The notes under the pieces: model-generated | What the model was told of the DNA's origin: nothing | The model's database searches: none | The model's input: only the letters and a program-made list of their open reading frames with translations | Made by a program: the position numbers and the translations under genes | Assembly: GCA_963662465.1 (NCBI GenBank) | Contig: OY759599.1 | Coordinates: 2,464,001 to 2,528,000, forward strand | Origin: Desulfatiglandales bacterium | Lineage (GTDB): Bacteria > Desulfobacterota > DSM-4660 > Desulfatiglandales > Desulfatiglandaceae | Reading direction: 5' to 3' | DNA length: 64,000 nt | Shown here: positions 22,193 to 33,606 of the stretch, one piece after another | How positions within the stretch are numbered: the stretch's first letter is position 1 | Layout of the letters: every line of letters starts with the position of its first letter

Positions 22193-23368
22193 ATGAATGC
22201 ACCGCAACCTTTCACGAAGGAACCGGCGTTCGTTAACCGGAAGGATGAACTGGCCTATTTGCAGTCTTGGATCAGCGCCAAACCGGAGAACATCCTGTTC
22301 CTCTACGGCCCGAAGTCTAGCGGAAAGACCACGTTGATCTATCGCTTCATTGAGCAAAATCTGTCCAACGGAAAGTACGATATCAAGCACTTTAATTTGC
22401 GTGAACTCCTTCTGGTCAACTACGAGAGCTTTTTGCGGGCTTTTTTCGAGTTGAAAAGCAGCGAACAGGTCAAGGAAACCCGTCAGTATGATTTGAAAGT
22501 CTTCAAACTCAGCGTGGAGACCCTCAAAGGGCTTGAATCCAAAGAACTTGACCCGTTCATCGTCATAAAGCGGGAGTTGGAGAAGAGCAACAAGAAGGGA
22601 AAGCGCCCGGTGATTATCATTGATGAGTTGCAGGCGCTGGATGAGATTTACTTCAACGGCGGGCGTGAGCTGCTCAACGAGATGTTTAATTTCTTTGTGG
22701 CCATGACCAAGGAGTCGCACCTATGCCATGTGCTCATTGCCAGCTCCGACGGGTACTTCATCGAACGCATCTATCAGGACAGCAAGTTGAAGAAGACCAG
22801 CGAATTGATGGAGGTCAAGTATCTTCAGGAATCTGATGTAATGGATTGGCTGAGCGATCTGAAAACCTACAGCAAAATTTCGGATTACGTATTGAACAAT
22901 CGACAAAGACATGCCATTTGGGATTTCTTTGGTGGTTCGTGCTGGGAAATTTCAAATTTTCTCGGCAATCTATTAAATATTGCGCATAAGGGGCAGGTTT
23001 TAGACGATGAGTTTGATGAGATGCTGCAAAATAAGCTGGTTTTCTTTCGATCTATGTTTGTCGAGTATGCTACGATTATACCCCGGAAAAAAGCTCTGCT
23101 GCAAGAGATGGGACGCGCCGTTTGGGCTAGGCCGGCCTTTGTGATCGAAGACCTTGCCGGCCTTGTGGACAAGAACGTATGGCAAGCCGAAGAGTTAATT
23201 GGTGAACTGAATAACCTGGTCCGCAAGAACTTTCTGAGCTACGCTCCTCCCCGGGCTGAGTACGCTTTGCAAGGCAGAAGCATGGAGCTGGGACTTGAGG
23301 CATACGTGAAAATGATTGAGCGTAACATATTGACAACATCAGGTCGGAGCAAGTTAACCACCCAATAA
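22193..23368 (+). CDS. MJ-type ATPase, copy B
   Basis: Same motifs as copy A; start at MNAPQP after a GAAGGTG RBS. Confidence 0.88.
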   Translation: MNAPQPFTKEPAFVNRKDELAYLQSWISAKPENILFLYGPKSSGKTTLIYRFIEQNLSNGKYDIKHFNLRELLLVNYESFLRAFFELKSSEQVKETRQYDLKVFKLSVETLKGLESKELDPFIVIKRELEKSNKKGKRPVIIIDELQALDEIYFNGGRELLNEMFNFFVAMTKESHLCHVLIASSDGYFIERIYQDSKLKKTSELMEVKYLQESDVMDWLSDLKTYSKISDYVLNNRQRHAIWDFFGGSCWEISNFLGNLLNIAHKGQVLDDEFDEMLQNKLVFFRSMFVEYATIIPRKKALLQEMGRAVWARPAFVIEDLAGLVDKNVWQAEELIGELNNLVRKNFLSYAPPRAEYALQGRSMELGLEAYVKMIERNILTTSGRSKLTTQ

Positions 23369-23411
23369 AATTACGAATATATCATTTTCCATAACGAAAG
23401 CACTCTTGCAA

Positions 23412-24012
23412 TGCGCTTTTTAGAGCGAGGATGGCAGGTTAAAAAAAATAGACTGATATCAAAACGTACCAAAACCAGAGCTACATATGCCGGAAGCTGG
23501 AGGTCAAACCTGCCCAAAGCTTTTTAGACGCCCGGCATCGCGAAGCTCAGCCGATCCGGACGGGCTTGTGAGGCGAGCGTAAGCCGGGGATGCCAATCCC
23601 GACCGGTAATTTTCTTAAAAGCCCCATTTTACCCCAAAAAAGAGCTGTCTTAATTTGTTACAGGTCCTTCGCTTTGCAAAAAAGTGATAAAGCAACAAAA
23701 ACACAAACGTTCCCCATTACTCCACTATTCACTATGCAAGATATGGCGCCAGCTTCTTTTCGATCTTACTGCGCCCTTTTTAAGGCGAGAATGGCAGGTT
23801 TAAGGAATAGACTGATATCAAGACATACCAAAACCATTGCTGCAGATGCGGGAAACCGGAGGTCAAACCTGCCCATAAAGCTCTCGACAGCCCGGCATGC
23901 CGAAACTCACCCGAGACGGACGGGCTTGTGAGGCGGGCGTTGGTCCGAGGATGCCAACCCCATCCGGTACTTTTCTTAAAAGCTCCATTTGCCCCCAAAA
24001 AAGGGGTTTCTA
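23412..24012 (+). repeat. Two diverged ~240 bp non-coding direct repeats (23412-23653 and 23770-24012)
   Basis: Shared blocks ATGGCAGGTT, AATAGACTGATATCAA, GGAGGTCAAACCTGCCCA, GGACGGGCTTGTGAGGCG, TTTTCTTAAAAGC. Confidence 0.85.
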
Positions 24013-24087
24013 AGCGTCAAAAACAGCCCGGTTTTGATATGGTCTTTTAATCATTGAAGTTAGTTGCTGAGGCCCGACCCCATTCCA

Positions 24088-24823
24088 TATAATCCTTTTG
24101 ATATCCTTCTCTATTTGAGGAACAAGGCATTTCGGAGTTACTGGTTTGAAACTGCTACATCTTTACAATCTGAGCGCGGGAGAGGAAATTATCGGCAGTT
24201 TCGATGTGGATAATATCAAAGTTGAAACACTCCTTTTTCAGACCGGATACCTGACGATCAAAAATTTGCAGCAAATCGGTGCTTTTCGCCGTTACGACCT
24301 TACGTATCCCAATCTCGAAGTGGAATCCAGCTTGAACAACTACATTTTGAGCGCCCTGGTTGAAGACAACCTTACAAAGACCCGGAATCAATCCGCAATT
24401 CTGGATGCATTGCAGGAAAATGATTTAAACAAGCTCAAAAACACCATACACGCCTTTTTTGCATCCATACCCAACCAATGGTATCGAAAGAACCTGATCT
24501 CCAATTATGAAGGCTATTATGCCTCAATCGTGTACTGTTACTTTGCCGCGCTGGGCTTGGACACAATCCCTGAAGATTCGACAAACCACGGAATGATTGA
24601 TCTAACCGTCCGATTTAACGGCAGGGTGTATATCATCGAATTCAAAGTGGTTGAACTGACTGCAAAAGGAAACGCTCTAAGTCAAATCAAGGCAAGAAAA
24701 TACCATGAGAAATACTCAGAAAACGACGTCTATTTGATCGGAATTGAATTTAGCAGCGAAGATCGGAATATTGTCAATTTTGAATGGGAGCGGATACTTT
24801 CTGAGAGGATTAGAAAGCCATAA
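24088..24823 (+). pseudogene. 5'-truncated AAA-ATPase-like/PD-(D/E)XK nuclease
   Basis: Begins YNPFDILL...YWFET, has a small internal deletion, then is co-linear with the C-terminal part of 58701-60242 (ID...IIEFK). Confidence 0.85.
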
Positions 24824-24903
24824 ATAAATGCAGAGATTTTAGTGATATAGCCAATTTATGCGACAAAAAAACACCAACCACCCCAACATAGGAAGGTGAA
24901 ATC

Positions 24904-26055
24904 ATGAATGCACTGCAACCATTCACTAAGGAACCGGCCTTCGTTAACCGGAGGGATGAACTGGCCTATTTGCAGTCATGGATCAGCGCCAAACCGGAAA
25001 ACATCCTGTTTCTCTACGGTCCGAAGTCCAGCGGCAAAACCACATTGATCTATCGCTTCATTGAGGAAAATCTCTCAAATGGCAGATACGATATCAAGCA
25101 TTTCAATCTTCGCAAATTGCTCCTCGTAAATTACGAAAGCTTTTTACGAGCTTTCTTCGAGATGAAAAGCAGCGAACAGATCAAGGAAACCAGGCAGTAC
25201 GATCTGAAAGTTTTCAAACTTAGTGTGGAAACACTCAAAGGCCTGGAGGCAAGAGAACTGGATCCCTTTGTTGTCATGGAAAGAGAGCTTGAGAAGTGCA
25301 ACAAAAAGGGAAAGCGCCCGGTGATCATCATTGATGAGCTGCAGGCACTGGATGAGATTTACTTCAACGGCGGGCGTGAATTGCTCAACGAAATATTCAA
25401 TTTTTTTGTGGCCATGACCAAAGAATCGCACCTATGCCATGTGATCATTGCCAGCTCCGACGGATATTTCATCGACCGCGTTTATCAGGACAGCAAGTTA
25501 AAGAAGACCAGTCGACTCCTGGAGATTGATTATATCGGGCACGAAGATGTAATGGATTGGTTGAACAATCTGAACACGTTCAGCAAAATTGACCGGTTTA
25601 TTTTGAATGATCAGCAGAAACAGGCAATATGGGATTTCTTCGGCGGTTCGTGCTGGGAAATATCCGATTTTTTGGGAGAGCTTCTAAATGTTTCAGATAA
25701 CGGGCGTATTGCAGATCAGGATTTTCAAGAATTACTTCAAAAGAAATTAATCCTTTTTCGTTCCATGTTTGTGGAATATGCCACCATTGAGCCGGAGAAG
25801 GAACAGCTATTGCTAAAGATAGCAGCGTTGATCACACACAACACGGCCAAGGGGTTTACGTTCAATGATTTTCGCTCACTCGTGGAGGACGATATCTGGT
25901 CGATTTCTGCATTAAGAGCAGAGTTGAACAGCCTGGTGCGAAAGAATTTTCTCAGCTACGCCCCGCCTCGGGCCGAATATGCCTTGCAGGGCCGAAGCAT
26001 GGAATTAGGGCTTCAGGCGTATGTGAAAATGATCCCGCCTGGAGAAGGAAGGTGA
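24904..26055 (+). CDS. MJ-type ATPase, copy C
   Basis: Same motifs as copy A; full length. Confidence 0.88.
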   Translation: MNALQPFTKEPAFVNRRDELAYLQSWISAKPENILFLYGPKSSGKTTLIYRFIEENLSNGRYDIKHFNLRKLLLVNYESFLRAFFEMKSSEQIKETRQYDLKVFKLSVETLKGLEARELDPFVVMERELEKCNKKGKRPVIIIDELQALDEIYFNGGRELLNEIFNFFVAMTKESHLCHVIIASSDGYFIDRVYQDSKLKKTSRLLEIDYIGHEDVMDWLNNLNTFSKIDRFILNDQQKQAIWDFFGGSCWEISDFLGELLNVSDNGRIADQDFQELLQKKLILFRSMFVEYATIEPEKEQLLLKIAALITHNTAKGFTFNDFRSLVEDDIWSISALRAELNSLVRKNFLSYAPPRAEYALQGRSMELGLQAYVKMIPPGEGR

Positions 26056-26059
26056 AATC

Positions 26060-26780
26060 ATGAATGCACTGCAACCTTTCACGAAAGAACCGGCGTTCGT
26101 TAACCGGAAGGATGAACTGGCCTATTTGCAGTCCTGGATCAGCGCCAAACCGGAGAACATTCTGTTTCTCTACGGTCCGAAGTCCAGCGGCAAGACCACG
26201 TTGATCTATCGCTTCATTGAGGAAAATCTGACCAACGGTAAGTACGATATCAAGCACTTTAATTTGCGTGAGCTCCTTCTGGTCAACTACAAGAGCTTTT
26301 TACGGGCTTTTTTCGAGTTGAAAAGCAGCGAGCAGGTCAAGGAAACCCGTCAGTACGATTTAAAAGTCTTCAAGCTCAGTGTGGAGACCCTTAAAAGGCT
26401 GGAATCCAAAGAACTTGACCCGTTCATCGTCATGAAGCGAGAGTTGGAGAAGAGCAATAAAAAGGGCAAGCGTCCGGTAATCATCATTGACGAATTGCAA
26501 GCTCTGGACGAAATTTACTTCAATGGCGGGCGCGAGTTGCTCAACGAAATATTCAATTTTTTCGTGGCCATGACCAAAGAATCGCACCTATGCCATGTGA
26601 TCATTGCCAGCTCCGACGGATATTTCATCGACTGCGTTTATCAGGACAGCAAGCTGAAGAAAACCAGCCGGTTAATGGAGGTTGATTATATCAGTTACAA
26701 AGATGTAATGGATTGGTTGAACAATCTGAACACGTTCAGCAAAATTGACCGGTTTATTTTGAATAATCAGCAGAAACAGG
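26060..26780 (+). pseudogene. MJ-type ATPase, copy D, truncated by IS66
   Basis: Homology ends at ...QQKQ exactly at the IS terminal repeat (26781). Confidence 0.88.
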
Positions 26781-26901
26781 GTGTCCTTTCTGCAAGCCTG
26801 CATAGGGCAAATTTTTTCATTTTTTTTTGGGTGGCCGGAAGACGCTAGGTGGCGAGCTCCGTTATCCGGCGTCTTCTGTCGATCTGATTATCTGTGAGTT
26901 A

Positions 26902-27142
26902 CTAAGGCTGGGAATTTAGATTTTGCCTGTAATTCCAGGGAAGCCAGTTTTCGGGGTTTACCTTTACCAGCTCGGGATTTTTGTGAATGGCCAGGAGATA
27001 TTCGTACGGATTTTCTCCGTTCATGGCACAGGTCTGAATAAGGCTCATAAAGATGTCTCCAATGAGGGCGCCATGCTCTGTTTTGTAAAACAGGGAGTTT
27101 TTTCTGTGAAGAATGGCCTTTTTCAAAGCCCTTTCGCAGATG
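26902..27142 (-). pseudogene. tnpC: IS66 transposase, C-terminal part
   Basis: ICERALKKAILHRKNSLFYKT...WLPWNY continues LDNNIC from 30581. Confidence 0.88.
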
Positions 27143-27277
27143 TAATGCCGACTCCCGGATTATGCCGCATTACAAGAATTTTGTGGGATTATTCGTGCCT
27201 TGAAGTAGTTGCTGACGCGGCATAATTTTTGTGGGATCTTCGGTTTGGCAATCCCGCCAAACGAAAGGAGAGACCAC

Positions 27278-28522
27278 ATGAAAACATTCAGTAATTTCGT
27301 ATCGAAAAACAACCCGCATTCGAACCTATGTCAAACCCATGTCAACTCCTTCCTATCACACCTTCGCACTCTGGGGTATGCAGAACGGACGCTACGGAAA
27401 AAGCGTCCAGTTGCTGCCTCTTTTGCCCGATGGACAGTGGGGAAGCGGCTTACTGTAAACGATCTAAACGAATCCCATCTGACCGAATTCGTGGAGCGTT
27501 TGCACAAAAGGCAAAAAGCCCGGATAAAATTCGAAATGGCTGCCCTGCGGCTTTTTCTCAGCTATCTGCGCCAAGAAGGTGTGGTTCCAAATCCTCCAAT
27601 ACTTGATGCTTCACCCGTGGATGATTTTAAGCGGACCTACATAGAATACCTGCGAAAGGAGCGAGGACTCGCCGAAAACTCAATTCTTGTTTATTCGCCT
27701 TTCATCAGTGATTTTCTCAATGATCGGTTAGCCCAAACCGGTTGCATCTCTTTCCATGCATTGGATGCCCTGACAATCCAAAATTTCCTCCTCGATCGCA
27801 TTCAAAACCGGTCGAGAGAATACTCGAGGCTTCTGGCCGCCGCCCTCCGATCATTCTTGCGGTTTCTTTACCTTCGCAAAGAAATAACAATTGATTTTTC
27901 CCTATCGATTCCCAGAGTCCGTAAATGGCATCAGTCCGAGGTAATTGGCTTTCTAACCCCCGACCAGGTAGAAAGGATCCTTTCGTCAACCGATCTGTCG
28001 ACGCCACGTGGAAGACGCGATTATGCCATTTTGCTTCTTCTTGCACGACTCGGTCTGCGTGCGGGAGAGATAATCACGATAGAACTCGGTGACATCCTCT
28101 GGCGGATCGGGGAGATCGTTATTCGCGGCAAGGGCCAAGTACAGGACCGACTACCATTGGTCTCAGATGTCGGAGATGCTTTAGCGGTTTATCTACGTCA
28201 AGACAGAGGAGATAGCGTATCGCGACGGGTTTTTCTGCGAATGATTGCTCCACGCGTTGGCTTGGCCGGCCCAGGGGCGATTGGCCATATTGTACGCCTT
28301 GCATTTGCCCGAGCCGGCATATGTGCTCCGAGCCGTGGCGCAGCCCATCTCTTCCGCCACGGTCTGGCCACCAGAATGATCCGCCAGGGTGCCTCCATCG
28401 CTGAGATCTCTGAGGTTCTCCGTCATCAATCCCAGAGTTCCACAGCCATTTACGCGAAGGTCGATTTCGAGACACTCCGTGAGATTGCTCCGCCTTGGCC
28501 GGGTCAAGGAGGTGTGCGATGA
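27278..28522 (+). CDS. ritA: RIT tyrosine recombinase A
   Basis: RDYAILLLLARLGLR, HLFRH, LRH...T..Y catalytic motifs. Confidence 0.88.
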   Translation: MKTFSNFVSKNNPHSNLCQTHVNSFLSHLRTLGYAERTLRKKRPVAASFARWTVGKRLTVNDLNESHLTEFVERLHKRQKARIKFEMAALRLFLSYLRQEGVVPNPPILDASPVDDFKRTYIEYLRKERGLAENSILVYSPFISDFLNDRLAQTGCISFHALDALTIQNFLLDRIQNRSREYSRLLAAALRSFLRFLYLRKEITIDFSLSIPRVRKWHQSEVIGFLTPDQVERILSSTDLSTPRGRRDYAILLLLARLGLRAGEIITIELGDILWRIGEIVIRGKGQVQDRLPLVSDVGDALAVYLRQDRGDSVSRRVFLRMIAPRVGLAGPGAIGHIVRLAFARAGICAPSRGAAHLFRHGLATRMIRQGASIAEISEVLRHQSQSSTAIYAKVDFETLREIAPPWPGQGGVR

Positions 28523-29459
28523 CTGCAATCCGTGACGCACTTGCACGGTATTTAACAGTCCGCCGTGCCCTCGGTACTGTCTACAAGAGCCAGCCACGAC
28601 ACTTGGCTATTTTGTAGATTTCCTTGACCTTCAGGGAGCAAAATTCATCACCACTGATCTCGCCCTTCGTTGGGCGTGCCAGCCAAAGCATGTGCAAAGA
28701 GCGACATGGGCACGCCGGCTTACTATGGTCAGGCAGTTTGGTGCTTGGCTGAGTGCATTCGACCCGCGAACGGAAGTACCGCCAAAACGGCTCCTCAATG
28801 CCCGTCATCGGCGCAGTAAGCCCTACATCTATACCGAACAGGAAATAGAACATCTCATGATCGAGGCCGCTTTGCTCCCGTCACCGATGGGATTGCGCGC
28901 ATTAACCTATGTGACGCTCATAGGTCTTCTTGCCGTTACGGGTATTCGGCCAGGTGAAGTGGTAGCTTTGAATCTGTCTGATGTGGATCTAAAGAACGGT
29001 ATTCTTGTAATTCGGCAGACGAAATTTGGAAAGTCCCGTTTTGTTCCGATTGACGATTCGACATGTTCCGCCCTTTTGGATTATGCAAATCGACGCAATA
29101 ACTTTTACACACGTTTTCAGACCAACAGTTTTTTTGTCTCCGAACGAGGCACAAGACTAAGTCTTGGATCCGCCCGACGTACATTCGCCAAAGTATCATG
29201 TGCTGTCGGTCTTCGAACTGCAAAAGATGGCTGCCGAATCGGTCGCGGACCAAGGCTTCAGGATTTTAGGCATACGTTTGCAACAAGAAGAATTATCAAA
29301 TGGTATCAGGCCGGATTGGACGTGAACAGAGAGTTGCCAAAGCTCACTTCCTATCTCGGCCACTCAAACGTCAGTCATACTTATTGGTATATTGAGGCGG
29401 TCCCGGAGCTCCTCCAGCTCGCTTCCGAGCACATGGGCCGGCAAGGAGGTGCACAATGA
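28519..29459 (+). pseudogene. ritB: RIT tyrosine recombinase B, frameshifted near 28578
   Basis: MTAIRDALARYLTVRRALG shifts frame into LQEPATTLGYF...; TGIR, DFRH, YLGH...TYWY follow. The shift could be a sequencing error. Confidence 0.8.
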
Positions 29460-30451
29460 AAGCCTCCAGCTTTTCATCACTTCTCCAGCGTTTCTTTACG
29501 GACAGATTGCTCGCACAGCTTGGCGCCAGTCCGCACACTGTTGCCGCATACCGGGATACCTTCCGTCTGTTGCTTCGCTTCGCCGCGAAACACTTCGGGC
29601 GTTCGCCTTCTGAACTGCGCATAGAAGAGCTCGATGTTTCTTTCCTGTGCAAGTTTATTCAACACCTTGAACTTGATCGCTGTAATTGCATCCGGACACG
29701 GAATAACCGCCTTTCCGCCCTGCAAGGTTTCTTTCGGTATGTGTCCTTCAGTGAACCCGCACTGTCATTGCACTGTCAGAGGGTTCTGGCGATCCCTGCC
29801 AAACGGTACGAGCGCCGTCCGGTTGAGTTCCTGTCGGATGAAGAAACTGCCGCTCTTGTTGCAGTTCCCGATTCAAAAAAATGGATCGGCAGGCGTGACC
29901 GAGCGCTCCTGTTGCTCGCCTTACAGACAGGATTGCGAAATAGCGAAATCACATCGCTTCAGTGCAAGGATGTGGAACTCGGCACCGGTGCTCACGTCCG
30001 TTGCCTCGGAAAGGGTCGAAAGATGCGATGTACCCCTTTGCGCCCTGATGTCGTCGCAGTGCTGAAGAAATGGTTAAAGGAGCAAGATGGCCATCCACAA
30101 GATCCTCTCTTCCCAAGCTCACGCGGTTTACGTCTCAGTGCAGATGCTCTCCAGCGACTCGTTGCCAAACATGCAGCCATGGCGAGTCATACATGTCCAT
30201 CCCTAAAAGGGAAAACAGTTACACCCCACACCTTGCGGCATTCGGCGGCCATGAGCCTGCTCCGACGTGGTGTTGATCTGACCGTGATTGCTCTCTGGCT
30301 CGGGCACGAATCAAATGAGACAACACAAATCTACTTGCATGCTGATATGGGAATTAAGGAGCAAGCCCTTGCCCATACCACTGCAAGTGGTTCCATACCT
30401 GATCGGTATCTTCCTGAAGACCCTTTGCTAACATTCCTTGAGAGCCTTTGA
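29456..30451 (+). CDS. ritC: RIT tyrosine recombinase C
   Basis: TGLR, HTLRH, WLGH...TQIY. Confidence 0.9.
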   Translation: MKASSFSSLLQRFFTDRLLAQLGASPHTVAAYRDTFRLLLRFAAKHFGRSPSELRIEELDVSFLCKFIQHLELDRCNCIRTRNNRLSALQGFFRYVSFSEPALSLHCQRVLAIPAKRYERRPVEFLSDEETAALVAVPDSKKWIGRRDRALLLLALQTGLRNSEITSLQCKDVELGTGAHVRCLGKGRKMRCTPLRPDVVAVLKKWLKEQDGHPQDPLFPSSRGLRLSADALQRLVAKHAAMASHTCPSLKGKTVTPHTLRHSAAMSLLRRGVDLTVIALWLGHESNETTQIYLHADMGIKEQALAHTTASGSIPDRYLPEDPLLTFLESL

Positions 30452-30580
30452 TTATGCCGATTGAAAGAGCCATGAGAATAAGGGGTCCAACGCAGTTTCG
30501 ACCAGTTAAAACGGATAAAATTGGCAATACGGCATAATCCGGGAGTCGGCATTACATCTGTTATGCCGCTCGCGGCATAA

Positions 30581-31944
30581 CAGATGTTGTTGTCAAGGGG
30601 CGCTCCAGGAACTTCCAGGAACCGGGTTAACGCCTTCCAGTGATTCAGCATATACTGAATTGCCTTTCCCAAACCGGAATTCGGTTCCACGAGTTTTTCG
30701 TCCAATTGCTTGTTGAGCCAGCAATACAATTTATCCATCAAGGGTTTGCTTTCAGCCTGATGGAAGGCCAGACGCTCTTCGGGTGACATGTTTTCGTCCC
30801 TGGCAATCTGATCATTGTGATACACTTTGGCAAGGGTATCGATCACAAACCGGCACTCTTCTGGAAAGCTCGGGGCGACATCCACGAAGTATCGGCGGGC
30901 ATGGGTCAGGCAGTTTGCCATAATGACATCCAGATCCTCCGATGAATTTCGAGACAAGGCATCGCACATAAGCTGAGGTGGACTGAGACCGGTCAGGCGA
31001 TTTTCAAGAAGCGCCTTCAGATTTTCACCCGCGTGATTTCTGCCGGTAAAATAAAGAACCGCCTGGCGGTCATCCATTTTGGATATAACGCCGGTGGTAA
31101 AAATCCCTTTTCGACCGTTTTTGGTTTCACCTTCCTTCATGAGGCTCAGAACTTTTCCCGTCGTATCGTCAATGTGGAACAACTCCCCCTGTGCGGATTG
31201 TTTCAGTAGTTCGATATACGGCCCTTTGGCCTCCAAACCCAATGGCTCAACGATACCCCACTGGGTTGATGCGGGAACCGGAACACCCATCATGGCTTGA
31301 AACTGCTGCAACCGATAGAAAGGAACGCCGTTGGCGTATTTTAGAAGGGCAATGGAAACCGCAACCGTTTCATCATGTTTCTGAGTTCCCATATCTTCAG
31401 GAGGCGTTGCGGTAAAAATTTGGCCGCACAGGTTGCAGCGAAGCTTTTCCAGTTCATAAATCGTTCCCGTTAAAGGCGGCGAACCCTTAATCCGGATTAA
31501 CTTTTCGGGAACTTTTAACCGATACACTTTTCCCCTGGGACATTCCGGACAGGGGTCACCATGTTTGAGACTCTCGTGGCTTATGAACTTTCTTTCGGCG
31601 CCGGTAAAAGCCGAAGCACCGTTTCGACCATGGCCTTTCGGTGGGGGGTTGCCGCCTTTTGGACCGGGATCATCTTCCGGATTATCGCCGTCTTCGGAAT
31701 CGGCGTCATCTTCCGGATCATTAAACACTTTATCTTTCTTTTCGGATTTTTGCCCGAACAAGAGGTTTAGCAGCCGCTTGATGGATGCGGCCTTCTGGTC
31801 CAGTACCTGACTCAGGGCTTCAATGGTATCCGCCATGACCTTGATAATCTCGTAGTCGGATTCGGAAACCGCCGGTTTTATCCTTTCAAGAAGGGACTTG
31901 ACGTCTTCGGGGGTTAATTCGAGTTTTTGGGGTTTATCCGGCAT
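30581..31944 (-). pseudogene. tnpC: IS66 transposase, N-terminal part, split by the RIT
   Basis: LFGQKSEK, zinc finger, HIDDT, MCDA, CLTHARRYF, LDNN. Confidence 0.9.
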
Positions 31945-32812
31945 GACATAAATACTCCCGAAAGTCTTTACCCATGGGATACCCCCAGACGGCCTTTATG
32001 GAACGATTGGGTTTACCGGTTTGATCGTTTTTGCCTCTTCCGGTGGTATCTCCCAGATAGACCCAGTTGGCGGCTTTATAACAGGTGCCGGAAAACAAGG
32101 TTTTATCAACGAATGTCTCAAGATAACAAATAGGATGGCGGTATTGCTTTTGCCAATCCTTTGAAATACGCCGGGCCATTTGGCTCAATATATGAGACGC
32201 CAGATATTTGACCCGAATCCAGGGCAATATGAGAAGCCGGGTATTATAGGCCATCAGCGACAGGTTCTTCATGCGAACATCAGGAGACCATCCGATAAAC
32301 TGATCCCGGCTTTTGATATGGCGTGGCGGTGAACTCCAGGCCATGCATGCAATGGGATTTTCCCCTGCGAAAACAATGTATTTCAGATGTTCTCCGACAG
32401 GCCTGCAATAACCCAGGTAATGGTACTGGTCCACCAAGCTGTTGAACAGTTTCTCCAAAGGGGTGCGGCGTACCTGAATAAACCGCAGTGGGCGAATCGA
32501 AATCACCGATGTTGTCAGAGGCTTTTCGGGAACGGGGATCACTTCAGGTTTTTTCTGTTTTCCCGATGGATTGACCGGAGGCCGTTTCCTTTTGGGCAGC
32601 TGAATATGCCCCGACCGGTGAAGCTGCAACATCAACCCCCGGCATACCATATCCCTTGTAACACCATTGGGTTGCACCCAGTTCCATGCCTTACACAGTT
32701 TCACAGATAATGCATACCGGCTGTCTTGCGGGTTAGACGCGATCAACTCCTTTATAAAGGAGATGTCTTCTCGGTTGTAGTTCTTGCCTCTGTATTTGAT
32801 GATCGTTTCCAT
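31934..32812 (-). CDS. DUF4338 (DruA-like) protein
   Basis: YHYLGY, RDQFIGW, NTRLLILPW, LETFVD, GTCYKAANW...G.T.GRG motifs. Confidence 0.8.
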   Translation of the reverse strand: METIIKYRGKNYNREDISFIKELIASNPQDSRYALSVKLCKAWNWVQPNGVTRDMVCRGLMLQLHRSGHIQLPKRKRPPVNPSGKQKKPEVIPVPEKPLTTSVISIRPLRFIQVRRTPLEKLFNSLVDQYHYLGYCRPVGEHLKYIVFAGENPIACMAWSSPPRHIKSRDQFIGWSPDVRMKNLSLMAYNTRLLILPWIRVKYLASHILSQMARRISKDWQKQYRHPICYLETFVDKTLFSGTCYKAANWVYLGDTTGRGKNDQTGKPNRSIKAVWGYPMGKDFREYLCHAG

Positions 32813-32866
32813 GGCAAAAACATAAGCATGTATGTTTTGAACGCAAGGGGGGGGGACCTGGTTTTT

Positions 32867-33214
32867 TCAGGGTAAGCTAATTTTTTTCCATAAAGGCGCG
32901 GCTCCTTTGGGGTTGGTGTTCCATAAAATCATCTGCTGTTCATGGGCGGCCAGCTGCTCCAAACGGCCATTTTCCGGCCACCAGTGAAAACGACCACTCG
33001 ACAGCCGTTTTTGGCAAAGCCAGAATCCCTGGCCATCATACCCGAGAATTTTGATGGTGGTCCCTCGTCTATTACGAAAAACAAAAATATACCCGGAGAA
33101 GGGATCTGATTTTAAAACACTGCGGCAAATGCCGGCCAGGCCATCAATGCCTTTTCGAAAATCCACCGGCTTCACCGCCACAAGTATCCGCATTTGGGGG
33201 CTGATCTGCATCAT
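32867..33214 (-). CDS. tnpB: IS66 accessory protein TnpB
   Basis: PVDFRKGIDGL...DPFSG...FRNRR...YDGQGFWLCQKRL. Confidence 0.92.
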   Translation of the reverse strand: MMQISPQMRILVAVKPVDFRKGIDGLAGICRSVLKSDPFSGYIFVFRNRRGTTIKILGYDGQGFWLCQKRLSSGRFHWWPENGRLEQLAAHEQQMILWNTNPKGAAPLWKKISLP

Positions 33215-33606
33215 GACTGTTGCCTCCAAAATGTTTGGATCAGGGATGCAACATCAATAGGCCCCTTCACATGGACTTTCATTCTGGCGCCTGCTTATTC
33301 AAGCTCCAGATTCACTTCAACCGAATCAGCTGGTGGGTTGAGTGGTGGCAATTCTATGAATGTGGGTGGAAGAAGTTCTTCGGTCGGGCTGTTCGGAATA
33401 CTTTCAATGCGATCCTTCAGGTCACTGTAATTCAGGTGCAATGCTTTGGAAAGTTTATTAATGCTGAAATTATCCACCAGGGAAACAGCAGCATCCCATA
33501 AGGACTCAGGAATACGGTCCCGTTTCTTGCGGTTTTTGCGCCAGTCGGAAAACTGGGCTTGTACTGCTTCGAGACGTTGCTTCTCTTTTGATTTTTTCTT
33601 CGCCAT
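33211..33606 (-). pseudogene. IS66 TnpA-like protein with a probable premature stop
   Basis: RIPESLWDAAV motif; after the TAA at 33295-33297 the frame continues to a TGA overlapping the tnpB start. Confidence 0.65.

Larger units (their letters stand above)
27143..30580 (+). mobile_element. RIT element (three tandem tyrosine recombinases)
   Basis: Three overlapping recombinase genes, TAATGCCG/TTATGCCG terminal repeats, CAGATG on both flanks. Confidence 0.92.

Noticed and set aside
23412..24012. CRISPR array or known riboswitch
   Set aside because: Only two long diverged units, no repeat-spacer periodicity, no cas genes, and no riboswitch consensus I recognise.
31934..32812. Complete Druantia system
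   Set aside because: No DruE-like helicase or other partners; the gene is IS cargo.
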